Positions 17,306-26,803 of a DNA stretch of 64,000 bases are shown here, in pieces. The stretch lies in IMG/VR virus record IMGVR_UViG_3300020474_002475, positions 1 to 64,000 of that record. The stretch is one strand, 5' to 3'. A program made the translations under genes and the position numbers. The stretch comes from a virus. The notes below the pieces were generated by a model. That model was not told where the DNA came from and did not search any database. It worked only from the letters and a program-made list of their open reading frames with translations. Numbering within the stretch: the first letter of the stretch is position 1; every line of letters begins with the position of its first letter.

Positions 17306-17987
17306 TTTTAATATCCTTCCAGTATTTTAAACATATATTAGGCTTATCGAAGTAAGTATCATAGAATGGTTTTGTTTCTTCATAAAATGGAACACCTAAA
17401 GATTTTTGATCTTCTCTATTGAACCATACTATATTCAAATCTATAGATTTAAAAAATTGTAATAAAACACCAAATCCTGTAAGACAGCTATATATAGGAT
17501 TTGTATTCTTTACACATAAGTTAACATTATAGTTTATGTCAAAATTTTTATCAAATTTAATATATTTATATCTGTCGTCAGGAAACTTCCCGCATCTACG
17601 CATGATAGGTCTATCATTATTGGGTGTATTTTTGTCTATCACTATGGGCATAGATAATTTATCAAAAGGAATATCTACATCTTTATAATTTAATATTAAG
17701 TTTTCATCGATACTTAAACCTAATCTTAAAGCCTCACATCTTGCTCTGCAGGGTCTTGGTTCATCACACCTATGAGCCTGTATATCTAAATCTCCTTTAG
17801 TGTCTAAAAAATCTACTTCATCTATAAAGTTTTGATAAAGTAAAAAGTTTTTTAATCCTGAGAAAACAGAATATCTTTTAGGCAAGGAAAGGTGGATGTA
17901 CTTCTCTCTTTTTTTTAATGAAGAAACAAGAGGTAACAATGCAATAAAATCACCTAATGTGCCTGTATTTTTATGAGTAACTATCAT
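17298..17987 (-). CDS. Hypothetical protein, possibly GT-B/GT9-like
   Basis: N-terminal TLGDFIALLP resembles the GT9 IGDxv motif; operon context. Confidence 0.5.
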   Translation of the reverse strand: MIVTHKNTGTLGDFIALLPLVSSLKKREKYIHLSLPKRYSVFSGLKNFLLYQNFIDEVDFLDTKGDLDIQAHRCDEPRPCRARCEALRLGLSIDENLILNYKDVDIPFDKLSMPIVIDKNTPNNDRPIMRRCGKFPDDRYKYIKFDKNFDINYNVNLCVKNTNPIYSCLTGFGVLLQFFKSIDLNIVWFNREDQKSLGVPFYEETKPFYDTYFDKPNICLKYWKDIKND

Positions 17988-19243
17988 AGCATTCCGGTAA
18001 TTGGTTCACACCATCCCTTTGATATACTATGGGGCCATACTAACCAGCTTTGTGGCTGTTTTGTGGTATTAAATTCTCTCCATAACTTAATATAACCATC
18101 CGGATCATTTTTGATTCTTTCTATCTCTGCTAAATCGGCGTCTTGTCTAAATACATCTTCATTATTAGAATCTCTAAAAGCAACACACCAAAAATCATAA
18201 TCAGTATCAGGCACTTGACTAAATTGAATATCTATACAGTGTTTGAATATTCTACTTAAAGATTTATCAAAGTCTTCATCAGAAATATTTTTTATATTAT
18301 CAAGATCAGGTATCTTTTTTTCAATCACCGTTTGAGTAATAGACCTATTACCAAAACATAAACCCGCATATTTTTCATAATCTTTTAAAGATCTAGTTTT
18401 ACCAAAACCATATTCTCCAAAATCAATATCTCTTTTTTCTCCATCCATTTCAAATAATTTTCTATTTCTCAAATGACATGCACTGTTCCTTGATCCCCAT
18501 TCTTTATCGTCGTCCCATTGCTTGGTCCTTCCTTTCCTAGTGTACTCATGCCAAACAAGTACCTCATTAGGATGAAATAAGTCATAACCATGAGTGAAAG
18601 CCCTAACTGCTATACTAATTTCTTCTCCATGAAAATAGTAATTAGGATCATGAGGAACTTCTTTGCAGAATTTACCTGTTGTAAAAGCAAAATGGGCGCT
18701 ATAAAATCTAGACGGTAAAGGCTCATCGGAATTATCCCACGAATCATATGAAGCAGGAATAAAAAATACAACTCCCTCTGGAGTAAATCTATCAAAATTC
18801 ATTTTCCAAGGCACATTCACACGGCCTTCAGGATCATTTTCTGGATCAAAACTAGGTATATAAGATGTCAATAAAGGTTTTTTATGTCCTTTCTTCTTAA
18901 TCTTTTTATACATAGACACCAACTTCTTGTCCCAATCTTGTACAAATCTGTGATGGCTATCTAGTTGTAAAGTATATTCTTCATTGTCATACATCTGCTG
19001 AACAGCATGTCTTGCCCAGCATACTCCTTTGCTTTCAGAATAATCAACATCCATAATCTTAAATCTTTTATCATTAATAAATTCATCTAAATTATCCCAC
19101 TCGTCTTCTTTACTATGCTGCCAACATATGCCTACAACCAAGTTTTCTGGCTTTGCTGCTTTACTAATCATATCTTTTAAAGTTGGCAATAATTCTGGAT
19201 CTCTATAGGAAGCTATCTGTATGAATATCTTATTCTTTTTCAT
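17984..19243 (-). CDS. GT60 family GlcNAc-transferase (Skp1-hydroxyproline / polypeptide alpha-GlcNAc transferase-like)
   Basis: IFIQIASYRDPEL, SKGVCWAR, YTLQLDSHHRF..WD, YSAHFAF, YFHGEEI...RAFTHGYDLFHP...WHEY. Confidence 0.8.
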   Translation of the reverse strand: MKKNKIFIQIASYRDPELLPTLKDMISKAAKPENLVVGICWQHSKEDEWDNLDEFINDKRFKIMDVDYSESKGVCWARHAVQQMYDNEEYTLQLDSHHRFVQDWDKKLVSMYKKIKKKGHKKPLLTSYIPSFDPENDPEGRVNVPWKMNFDRFTPEGVVFFIPASYDSWDNSDEPLPSRFYSAHFAFTTGKFCKEVPHDPNYYFHGEEISIAVRAFTHGYDLFHPNEVLVWHEYTRKGRTKQWDDDKEWGSRNSACHLRNRKLFEMDGEKRDIDFGEYGFGKTRSLKDYEKYAGLCFGNRSITQTVIEKKIPDLDNIKNISDEDFDKSLSRIFKHCIDIQFSQVPDTDYDFWCVAFRDSNNEDVFRQDADLAEIERIKNDPDGYIKLWREFNTTKQPQSWLVWPHSISKGWCEPITGML

Positions 19244-19301
19244 TATTATGTTTCGTTATTGTTGAGTATAAGGAAGTATATTAATCTCGCTGGCCTGCAT
19301 A

Positions 19302-19330
19302 ATATTAATAACCAAATGGGTTGTAGTCAA
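19302..19330 (-). promoter_or_regulatory. Putative sigma70-type promoter for the minus-strand glycosyltransferase operon
   Basis: On the minus strand, TTGACT (19330-19325), 17-nt spacer, TAATAT (19307-19302); about 60 nt upstream of the ATG at 19243. Confidence 0.55.
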
Positions 19331-19364
19331 TCTAACAAAATCTTATTTTCTACTGCTTTGTAGC

Positions 19365-19393
19365 TTGACAAGGTTCGTGCTTTAATATACAAT
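19365..19393 (+). promoter_or_regulatory. Near-consensus sigma70 promoter upstream of the DUF1559 gene
   Basis: TTGACA (19365-19370), 17-nt spacer, TACAAT (19388-19393); GGAGGA RBS before ATG 19444. Confidence 0.75.
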
Positions 19394-19443
19394 ATACAGT
19401 GGAACCCAATAAACTCATTTCCCTTTTCTGTGGAGGAAATACT

Positions 19444-20331
19444 ATGAAAGCTACATCTCGTCAAGGTTTTACTCTCATCGAACTTCTTGTTGTTATTGCA
19501 ATAATCGGCGTACTTGTTGGTCTTTTATTGCCAGCCGTACAACAAGCTCGTGAAGCTGCTCGAAGGTCATCATGTGGAAATAAGCTTAAACAACAGGGTT
19601 TAGCATGTCACAATTATGCAGACAAACACGCCACTCGTGGCGACAACTTCTTGCCTAGTGCATTTGGTGTCAATAACACAGGTGTTGCCGTCAGTACTAA
19701 CCCAATTACCGCCGTTGGTGATGCTGCAGCTGGTGCTAATACTGGTTGGAGTCACATTGTATCAATTCTTCCATATGGTGAAGAAAACAATCTTTACAAT
19801 GCGATCAACGGAGCTGGCAACTACGCTGTTCCAACAGGTGCTAACGCAACAGTAGAAGTTGATTGGCTGATCTGCCCATCATTCGTTGGTGACACAGCTG
19901 GCCAAAGTGTTTACAAGGCCAACGTTGGAACCAGTGATGAAACAGGTGCAAGCGTTACTGCTTCTGGTCCTATCACTGGAAAGACACTTGACGACAATGG
20001 TGGTCTCGGTCTTTTTGCTGATAAAGGATTTGCTTCCTATCGTGATGGTACCAGTAACACTCTCATGATCGTTGAAGAAAATTTCAATGAAAATTACTGG
20101 GAAGGACACACAAACACATCAACGTTTGGTCTTGCAACTGGAGCATCAGTTTCACCAATTCCAGGAACTGTTTCACAGGCTTTCCCAAGTTCACCACATG
20201 CTGGTGGAGTAAATGGTTACTGCCTTGCTGATGGTTCAAGCGGCTTTTTGTCTAACACCATTAGTAAAGCTACTTTACGGGCTTTGTCAACCTGTAATAG
20301 TGGCGATACTGTTGGTAGTGATCGTCCCTAA
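19444..20331 (+). CDS. DUF1559 prepilin-type N-terminal cleavage/methylation domain protein (Planctomycete family)
   Basis: [53 protein letters not shown]; [12 protein letters not shown]; C-terminal SSPHAGG...ADGS. Confidence 0.95.
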   Translation: MKATSRQGFTLIELLVVIAIIGVLVGLLLPAVQQAREAARRSSCGNKLKQQGLACHNYADKHATRGDNFLPSAFGVNNTGVAVSTNPITAVGDAAAGANTGWSHIVSILPYGEENNLYNAINGAGNYAVPTGANATVEVDWLICPSFVGDTAGQSVYKANVGTSDETGASVTASGPITGKTLDDNGGLGLFADKGFASYRDGTSNTLMIVEENFNENYWEGHTNTSTFGLATGASVSPIPGTVSQAFPSSPHAGGVNGYCLADGSSGFLSNTISKATLRALSTCNSGDTVGSDRP

Positions 20332-20353
20332 TTATTAGAAAATATAAATAAAA

Positions 20354-20533
20354 ATGGACGAAGTTAAAAATAAGAAGCATAAGATTATTAAAAGAAAAAC
20401 CAAATCTATTAGTAATCCTAGTGAAGAAGAAAAAGAAAAGAAAAAAATAGCTAATAAGGAATTTAAAAAAAACAAAAAAGAAAATATAGAAGATCAAGAA
20501 GATTGGGAATATTGGCAGGAATATTATAAATGA
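20354..20533 (+). CDS. Small Lys/Glu-rich hypothetical protein (59 aa; not in the ORF track)
   Basis: MDEVKNKKHK...EDWEYWQEYYK*; stop overlaps the next ATG (ATGA). Confidence 0.65.
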   Translation: MDEVKNKKHKIIKRKTKSISNPSEEEKEKKKIANKEFKKNKKENIEDQEDWEYWQEYYK

Positions 20534-20781
20534 AATATATAGAAGAGTTTGCTCCCGGAGAGTGTTTTTTACATTCGGATAGTTATTATGTAGTTACATC
20601 TGATTTCAATAATAGGCAAAAAAGGCTCTGTATAAATTTACAAACAGGTCAAAATAGATGGATTCCATTTGACAGTGCGGTAGAGAAAATTAGTATATAT
20701 ACGATAGACGATAATGGAAATTTTGCACCCATAAATCCAGAGCCCGCCAATGCTTCTATTAAGAATCAAGACATTTCTTAA
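20530..20781 (+). CDS. Hypothetical protein
   Basis: 83-aa ORF in an overlapping gene chain. Confidence 0.65.
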   Translation: MKYIEEFAPGECFLHSDSYYVVTSDFNNRQKRLCINLQTGQNRWIPFDSAVEKISIYTIDDNGNFAPINPEPANASIKNQDIS

Positions 20782-21004
20782 GTCTTTGTTTTTTCATATA
20801 TATTCAGGTTTCCCAAAGGCAACCGTAGAAGAAATACAAGAAAGATATAAAATCTGTACAGAATGCGAGCATTTCGACAGCAAAGAATCTCAATGCAATA
20901 TATGTGGGTGTAATTTATCTAAGAAAAAAGTGTTTCTTAATAAATTAGCTTGGGCAGATCAAAAATGTCCCGATAATAAATGGCACCAAATCATCAGGAG
21001 ATAG
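20750..21004 (+). CDS. Small Cys-rich phage protein (CxxC...CxxCGC...CP)
   Basis: ERYKICTECEHF...QCNICGCNL...KCPDNKW. Confidence 0.7.
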   Translation: MLLLRIKTFLKSLFFHIYSGFPKATVEEIQERYKICTECEHFDSKESQCNICGCNLSKKKVFLNKLAWADQKCPDNKWHQIIRR

Positions 21005-21006
21005 TA

Positions 21007-21546
21007 ATGAAAACATTAAATAAAAATAAGATATCGTATGATAAAGTGCATGATATTTTTAACGTAATAGATAATCAGATTAATGGACAACATTTAGGAA
21101 GTAGTGTCATAGTACCAAATATATGCAATATTAAAAGTATTAATTTTAGCAACGGCTTCGCTTCAACATTAGCAAGCCATTATCCTAATGCTTTAAATGG
21201 ATATCAGGTATTATCTAATAATGAAAGAAAATTAGGATATTGTCAAATATTTGCTGTAGGTTCATCTAAAAGCAAAGAATATCAACACAAAGTTTATATT
21301 GCAAACATGATGTGTCAAGTTGGCTTTAACTCTAAAAACAATAGATCAAGAAACTTAAACTATGCTGCTATGGCGACATGTTTAAATAAAATTAATCACT
21401 TTCTTAAAAACCATTTAAACAAAGATCAGCAATGCGAAATTAGAACTCATAAATATTTAGTCAATTACGTTGGCTCAGACAGTAGATTTGTTTCCTATTT
21501 ATTAGAAGACACTTTTGATAATAATATAACTATACATCTTAACTAA
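21007..21546 (+). CDS. Divergent macrodomain-like protein
   Basis: VIVPNICN...FSNGFASTLASHYP...LGYCQ...YIANMMCQ...LNYAAMATCL resembles Poa1p-type macro domains. Confidence 0.55.
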   Translation: MKTLNKNKISYDKVHDIFNVIDNQINGQHLGSSVIVPNICNIKSINFSNGFASTLASHYPNALNGYQVLSNNERKLGYCQIFAVGSSKSKEYQHKVYIANMMCQVGFNSKNNRSRNLNYAAMATCLNKINHFLKNHLNKDQQCEIRTHKYLVNYVGSDSRFVSYLLEDTFDNNITIHLN

Positions 21547-21553
21547 TGTAATT

Positions 21554-22213
21554 ATGGACAAGACTAAAGTAATATCCTTTTCTTTGTGGGGCAGTTCTTC
21601 AAAGTATTGCGTGGGTGCAGTTCGTAATGCTGAATTGTCTCAGTCTATCTATCCTGGTTGGAGATGTAGATTTTATATTGCAAATAGCGTTCCAGATATT
21701 TATATTAAAGAATTACAACAGTTTGATAATGTAGACATAGTACAGCGCTTGCAAGAAAGTGGCAGCTGGGAAAGTATGTTCTGGAGGCATGAAACTTGCT
21801 GGGATGAGTCTGTAAGTGTTTCTATATTTAGAGACACTGACTGTAGATTAAACAGTAGAGAAAAATGTGCTGTTGATCAATGGTTGCAAAGCGATAAAAC
21901 TTTTCATATTATGAGAGATCATCCTTTTCACGGATATCATATACTAGGAGGAATGTGGGGATATAAATACAATTCAAAGTATAATTTAAAAGAAGCTTTT
22001 GAGAAATTTAAACCGCAAGATCATTATGGTACTGATTACATTTTCTTTAGAGATATATTATTTCCTTTAATTAAAGATGATAAAATTACGCATGATGAAT
22101 TTTTTGAAAAGAAACCTTTTCCTGTAAAGAGAAATAATAATGAATTTGTTGGAGAAGTCTATGACGAGAAAGATATAAGACACCCTGATCATTATAGGTA
22201 TATTAATCAATGA
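21554..22213 (+). CDS. Conserved phage glycosyltransferase-like protein
   Basis: ISFSLWG...GAVRNAEL...YPGW, MFWR, IFRDTD (DxD), FHIMRDHP.H...ILGGMWG. Confidence 0.6.
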   Translation: MDKTKVISFSLWGSSSKYCVGAVRNAELSQSIYPGWRCRFYIANSVPDIYIKELQQFDNVDIVQRLQESGSWESMFWRHETCWDESVSVSIFRDTDCRLNSREKCAVDQWLQSDKTFHIMRDHPFHGYHILGGMWGYKYNSKYNLKEAFEKFKPQDHYGTDYIFFRDILFPLIKDDKITHDEFFEKKPFPVKRNNNEFVGEVYDEKDIRHPDHYRYINQ

Positions 22214-22791
22214 AAATACAAGAAATACGCACTAGAGATAAAGTTATCCAATATATAAAAACCTTGGATTCACCAAAGATATGTGAAGTTGGCACTAGAA
22301 CTGCTGACTTCTTTTACAAGTGGATGTTTGCAGATAATTGTGAATTAGGTATTATGGTTGATATATGGCAAAATACAGAAGATCCTAATCAAAACGATAA
22401 TAGCTATAGTCAAGCAGAATTAGATAGTCAATATAGGGAAGTGTTTCAAGAAACACTAAAACACCCCAATGCTAGAATCATTAGAGAATTTAGCGATAAA
22501 GCATGTAATTTTTTTCCAGATGAAACCTTTGATTTTGTTTATTTAGATGCTGATCATAGCTACAAAGGATGTTTAAGAGATTTAAGGTGTTGGTATCCTA
22601 AAGTAAAAAAGGGAGGCATTTTGGCAGGTCATGACTATATAGATGCTGAAATGACAATCAGAATGGGACACAGAACGGTTTTTGGTGTGGTACCAGCAGT
22701 GACAGAATTTCTAGAAGAAAAAAATATAGAAAACGAACTAATACATATAACGTCAGAGACCTATGGAACATACTTCATTAGAAGATCATAA
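22210..22791 (+). CDS. Class I SAM methyltransferase (Methyltransf_24-like)
   Basis: CEVGT...FDFVYLDADHSY...WYPKVKKGGILAGHDY. Confidence 0.85.
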   Translation: MKIQEIRTRDKVIQYIKTLDSPKICEVGTRTADFFYKWMFADNCELGIMVDIWQNTEDPNQNDNSYSQAELDSQYREVFQETLKHPNARIIREFSDKACNFFPDETFDFVYLDADHSYKGCLRDLRCWYPKVKKGGILAGHDYIDAEMTIRMGHRTVFGVVPAVTEFLEEKNIENELIHITSETYGTYFIRRS

Positions 22792-23458
22792 AATATTTTG
22801 TATATGGTCTGGTAATAATCAAATGTCGGATAATAGAAAAAGATGTTTGCAGTCTTTAGAAGAGAGTGCCGACTGTGAAGTTATATTAGTAACTCCTAAT
22901 AATTTAGATACTTATATTCTAAAAAATAATCCATTACATCCAGCTTATGAATACTTAAGTCTTACACATAAAGCGGATTATCTAAGAGCATATTTGATGT
23001 ATCATCATGGAGGAGGATATAGCGATATAAAGCTTAATAATAATTCATGGGAAAAATATTTTTCTGATTTAAATCAAAGCGATAAACAGTTCAGTGGCTA
23101 TGCAGAGGTTAGACCAGAACACGTAGCATCTAATTATGACTTCGTTAAAAGAGATTTCCATAAATTACCAGGAGTTGTACACTTTGTATTTAAAAAAAAT
23201 ACATCTTTAGCAAAATCTTGGCTAGAGCAAGTAGACAAAATACTAGATATTAAATACGAATTATTAAAAAAATATCCCGGAGACTATCATCCTAGAGCAG
23301 TATATGGAGGCGCATTCGGTACAAGTCTTTTTAAAGGCGCTAAGTATCCGCTAGGATGGAATGAAATTCTGGCTATGATTTTTCACGAATTGTGTTATCA
23401 TAATTCTAATATTTATTCTTTAAGTATGCACTATCCAAATACTCATAACTATAGATAA
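22763..23458 (+). CDS. GT32-like / capsular polysaccharide synthesis glycosyltransferase
   Basis: IFCIWSG...HKADYLRAYLMYHHGGGYSDIK. Confidence 0.7.
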   Translation: MEHTSLEDHKIFCIWSGNNQMSDNRKRCLQSLEESADCEVILVTPNNLDTYILKNNPLHPAYEYLSLTHKADYLRAYLMYHHGGGYSDIKLNNNSWEKYFSDLNQSDKQFSGYAEVRPEHVASNYDFVKRDFHKLPGVVHFVFKKNTSLAKSWLEQVDKILDIKYELLKKYPGDYHPRAVYGGAFGTSLFKGAKYPLGWNEILAMIFHELCYHNSNIYSLSMHYPNTHNYR

Positions 23459-23459
23459 A

Positions 23460-24119
23460 ATGAATAAACTATCATTCTGCATTACGTCATATTATAAAGA
23501 TATTCACTACTTACAAAGTTTGTTAGATAAATTAATAAATCAAACATGCGCACCGCATGAAATCATTATATATTGCAGTGGTGTTAGGGGTATTGATATT
23601 CCCAGTAGTATTGCTATTAATAACATTACAGTACCCATGAGAACAATTATTGACCAAAGTCCTCAATTACAAACCGTAGCCAGAAACATTTGTGCTGATG
23701 CCGCTCACGGTAATATTGTTACTTTTTTTGATATCGACGATATACCCCATCCACAAAAAATAGAAGCAACTCTGAAATATATCGGAGACTATGACTTTTT
23801 AGTTCATTCTTATAAAAAAGATAAAAATGAATTCGATACAATAGATGTTGATAATATTAAATACAATGATAAAGTCAGAGCTAATCCTAATCCGATAACG
23901 ACTAATTTACAGGTTCTTCCTGAAAGACCTATCCATCACGGTCATTTAACTGTAAAAAAATCATTGTTTTCAAATATTAGATACGATGAAAACTTTTATT
24001 TTACTAATTCTTTAGGGCAAAAATTTTGCAATGGAGAAGATGGTAAATTTTGTCAAGATCTTGTTAATAGTAATTACAAGGGTATTTTTCTAGATGAACC
24101 TCTAATTATATATACATAA
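23460..24119 (+). CDS. GT2 family glycosyltransferase
   Basis: SFCITSY...NQT..PHEIII...ARN...VTFFDIDD...GED. Confidence 0.8.
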   Translation: MNKLSFCITSYYKDIHYLQSLLDKLINQTCAPHEIIIYCSGVRGIDIPSSIAINNITVPMRTIIDQSPQLQTVARNICADAAHGNIVTFFDIDDIPHPQKIEATLKYIGDYDFLVHSYKKDKNEFDTIDVDNIKYNDKVRANPNPITTNLQVLPERPIHHGHLTVKKSLFSNIRYDENFYFTNSLGQKFCNGEDGKFCQDLVNSNYKGIFLDEPLIIYT

Positions 24120-24122
24120 ATT

Positions 24123-24800
24123 ATGGAAACAGTTTTTATACATCATCATCTTGGTCTTGGAGATCATATTATATGTAATGGTCTCGTGAGAGAGTTTGCT
24201 AAAAGTTATAATATTAATCTTTTTTGTAAAAGCAAAAATATGTATAATGTTTCTGTTATGTTTGCAGACGTAAAGAATATTTCTATAATTGGCGTATCTA
24301 AAGACGATGATGTAACCAATTTTATTTCACAGTTAGCAAAAACACAAAGTGAAAAATATATTAAGTTAGGTATTGCTTTAAATTCTAATTTTGACTATAA
24401 TAGGATTGACTGCTGCTGGGATGAAATATTTTACGAACAAACTAAGTTACCATTTGATTTATCATGGTCCAACTTTTCCTATAAAAAACCTTTATCTCAA
24501 CAACCTATCCCAGATACGCCTTATGCTTTTATTTGTGACAAAGGATCAGATGGTATCAACGGAATAGATTATAATTTTGTAGATAGTGACCTTAAGAAAA
24601 TTTATAGCAATCAAGGATACTTTTTTGATAATTTAGAATTAATCCAAAACGCCAGTGAAATACACACAATTAATTCTTCTTACATACATCTTATAGACAG
24701 AATAAACAATCTTAATTGTGACAATCTTTTTTATCACAAAAATTTTGTTAAAAAACCATATAGTAATTTTACTATAAGAAAAAAATGGAAAATATTATGA
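24123..24800 (+). CDS. Conserved phage glycan-cluster protein (GT-B-like)
   Basis: HHHLGLGDHIICNGLVR...LIQNASEIHTINSS. Confidence 0.55.
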   Translation: METVFIHHHLGLGDHIICNGLVREFAKSYNINLFCKSKNMYNVSVMFADVKNISIIGVSKDDDVTNFISQLAKTQSEKYIKLGIALNSNFDYNRIDCCWDEIFYEQTKLPFDLSWSNFSYKKPLSQQPIPDTPYAFICDKGSDGINGIDYNFVDSDLKKIYSNQGYFFDNLELIQNASEIHTINSSYIHLIDRINNLNCDNLFYHKNFVKKPYSNFTIRKKWKIL

Positions 24801-24821
24801 GAATCTATATCGGGAGGAAAT

Positions 24822-25418
24822 ATGATTATTAAAGGACAGATTTTGCCGGAGTCAGACTTTGCGCAATCGATTGATAATACTATAGCCACATATAAACCAC
24901 GAACCATTGTCGAGATAGGTACTTGGAGAGGTCTAGGCTCTACTAAAACTATTATTGATTCCATAATTAAAAATAATTTACAAAGCGAATTTACAAGCAT
25001 AGAATCTAATCTTACTTTTCACACTGAAGCTGTAGAAAATTTAAGAGATTATAAAAATTATGTAAATTTAATTCATGGCAGAATCGTCGAAGTCGATGAG
25101 GTTATATCTTTTTGTAAAAAAGAAGGAGTAAGTGTCGTTTATGAATGGCTTAAAAATGATATTGTAGATATAGAAAATAATAAAAATATTATTGCTGACA
25201 TTCCTGAATTTATTGACTTTCTATTATTAGACGGTGGGGAGTACGCTACCTTTGCAGAATGGAATAAGCTAAAAGACAGAACAAAAATAGTAGCTTTGGA
25301 TGATACCCTTACAATGAAATGTCAACATATTAGAGCAGAATTAATAAAAAATGATGAATACGAATGTCTTATCGACTCTGATGATCGTAACGGCTACAGC
25401 ATATTTATAAAAAAATAA
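24822..25418 (+). CDS. SAM methyltransferase-like protein
   Basis: IVEIGTWRGLGST...IDFLLLDGGEY...VALDD; GGAGG RBS. Confidence 0.65.
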   Translation: MIIKGQILPESDFAQSIDNTIATYKPRTIVEIGTWRGLGSTKTIIDSIIKNNLQSEFTSIESNLTFHTEAVENLRDYKNYVNLIHGRIVEVDEVISFCKKEGVSVVYEWLKNDIVDIENNKNIIADIPEFIDFLLLDGGEYATFAEWNKLKDRTKIVALDDTLTMKCQHIRAELIKNDEYECLIDSDDRNGYSIFIKK

Positions 25419-25422
25419 TATT

Positions 25423-26220
25423 ATGGACTATATACAAATAAATAAGTTTTCTGATTTACATGGATCTCCATCAAATGTTCATTTTTGCAAAACAGACTAT
25501 ATCATTTCAGACTTCAAAAAAATTTCTCAATTAGATACAAGTGTTGTTTTTATTACAGGCAATTCTGATTATGCTATTCCAGATGACGCCATAGATATTG
25601 CACCAAAAAATATAAAAGTGTGGTATGCCCAAAATGCATTATCTAACCACAATAAAATAGAACCTTTACCTATAGGTATAGAAAATAAAGAGCCATCAAA
25701 AAGAGAGGGTCATGGAGTAGGATATTTTGATAGAGTAAGCCAAAAAGAAAAGATACTTAATGCAATAAATACATTGTCTCCATTTAAGTCAATACAGCCT
25801 AAAAAATTTATGTATTCGAATTTTGTTGTGCGTAATAATCCTACTCACAGAAGTCTAGCAAAAGAAATTTCAATTAAACAAGATTATATTGATTGGGAAG
25901 AGCCTAACCTGTCTTTAGAGCAATTGTTCTTAAAGTTCTTACGATACAAAATGGTACTTTGTCCTATAGGGAATGGAATAGATACACACAGGTTATGGGA
26001 AGTTCTGTACTGCAATAGAATTCCTGTTACAATCAAAGTTGGAGATTTCAAAGTATATAGTCTTTATGAGCAGTTGCCGATTGTTATTTTAGATAGCTAT
26101 TCCGAATTGCTAAAGCCGGAACGCATAGAACAAAAATATCAAGAAGCAATAAATAAAAAATATGATAAAAATATATTATCTGCAGAATACTGGAAGAATA
26201 AAATAAGGAATCATAAATAA
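25423..26220 (+). CDS. Exostosin/GT47-like glycosyltransferase
   Basis: PLPIGIEN...KMVLCPIGNGIDTHRLWEVLYCNRIPV. Confidence 0.7.
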   Translation: MDYIQINKFSDLHGSPSNVHFCKTDYIISDFKKISQLDTSVVFITGNSDYAIPDDAIDIAPKNIKVWYAQNALSNHNKIEPLPIGIENKEPSKREGHGVGYFDRVSQKEKILNAINTLSPFKSIQPKKFMYSNFVVRNNPTHRSLAKEISIKQDYIDWEEPNLSLEQLFLKFLRYKMVLCPIGNGIDTHRLWEVLYCNRIPVTIKVGDFKVYSLYEQLPIVILDSYSELLKPERIEQKYQEAINKKYDKNILSAEYWKNKIRNHK

Positions 26221-26792
26221 TGAAAGTATACATAGAGGCAGGAGCTAATGACGGAATATTTCAATCTAGATCTTTAGAACATTTAAATGAAGAATATTTT
26301 GGAATTTTAATAGAAGCTTTACCTGCTGTCGCTGAACAGTGCAGAAAAAACAGAAAGGGTACAAATTGTGTAGTTGTTAATACTGCGTTAGTTCCATTTA
26401 ATTATCCAAACAAAACTATTGAAATTAATCTACATAAACAGCATACCGCAATGGCCACCCTAAGAGATTTAGATAAAGATGAATATCCAAATACCATAAC
26501 TGTAAATGCATCTACGCTGACAGATATCTTAAATACTTTAAATATTAACAAGATTGATATATTTTACCTAGACGTTGAAGGATATGAACTAGAAGTTTTA
26601 AAAGGAATTGATTTTGATAAAATTCATATAGATAATATTGAATTAGAAGCCCACTATAATCTTAAAGGTATTGATAATACCAAAGAAGAAGAAATAAAAA
26701 AACATGTTGACTATTTGACTCCTCTTGGTTATAATCATAAGATAGTTAGCGAGCAGGGACAACACGATAAAATTATTTTTACAAAAAATTAA
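26220..26792 (+). CDS. FkbM family methyltransferase
   Basis: YIEAGANDG..QS...GILIEA...IDIFYLDVEGYELEVLKG. Confidence 0.85.
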   Translation: MKVYIEAGANDGIFQSRSLEHLNEEYFGILIEALPAVAEQCRKNRKGTNCVVVNTALVPFNYPNKTIEINLHKQHTAMATLRDLDKDEYPNTITVNASTLTDILNTLNINKIDIFYLDVEGYELEVLKGIDFDKIHIDNIELEAHYNLKGIDNTKEEEIKKHVDYLTPLGYNHKIVSEQGQHDKIIFTKN

Positions 26793-26803
26793 GGTATTAA
26801 TTT

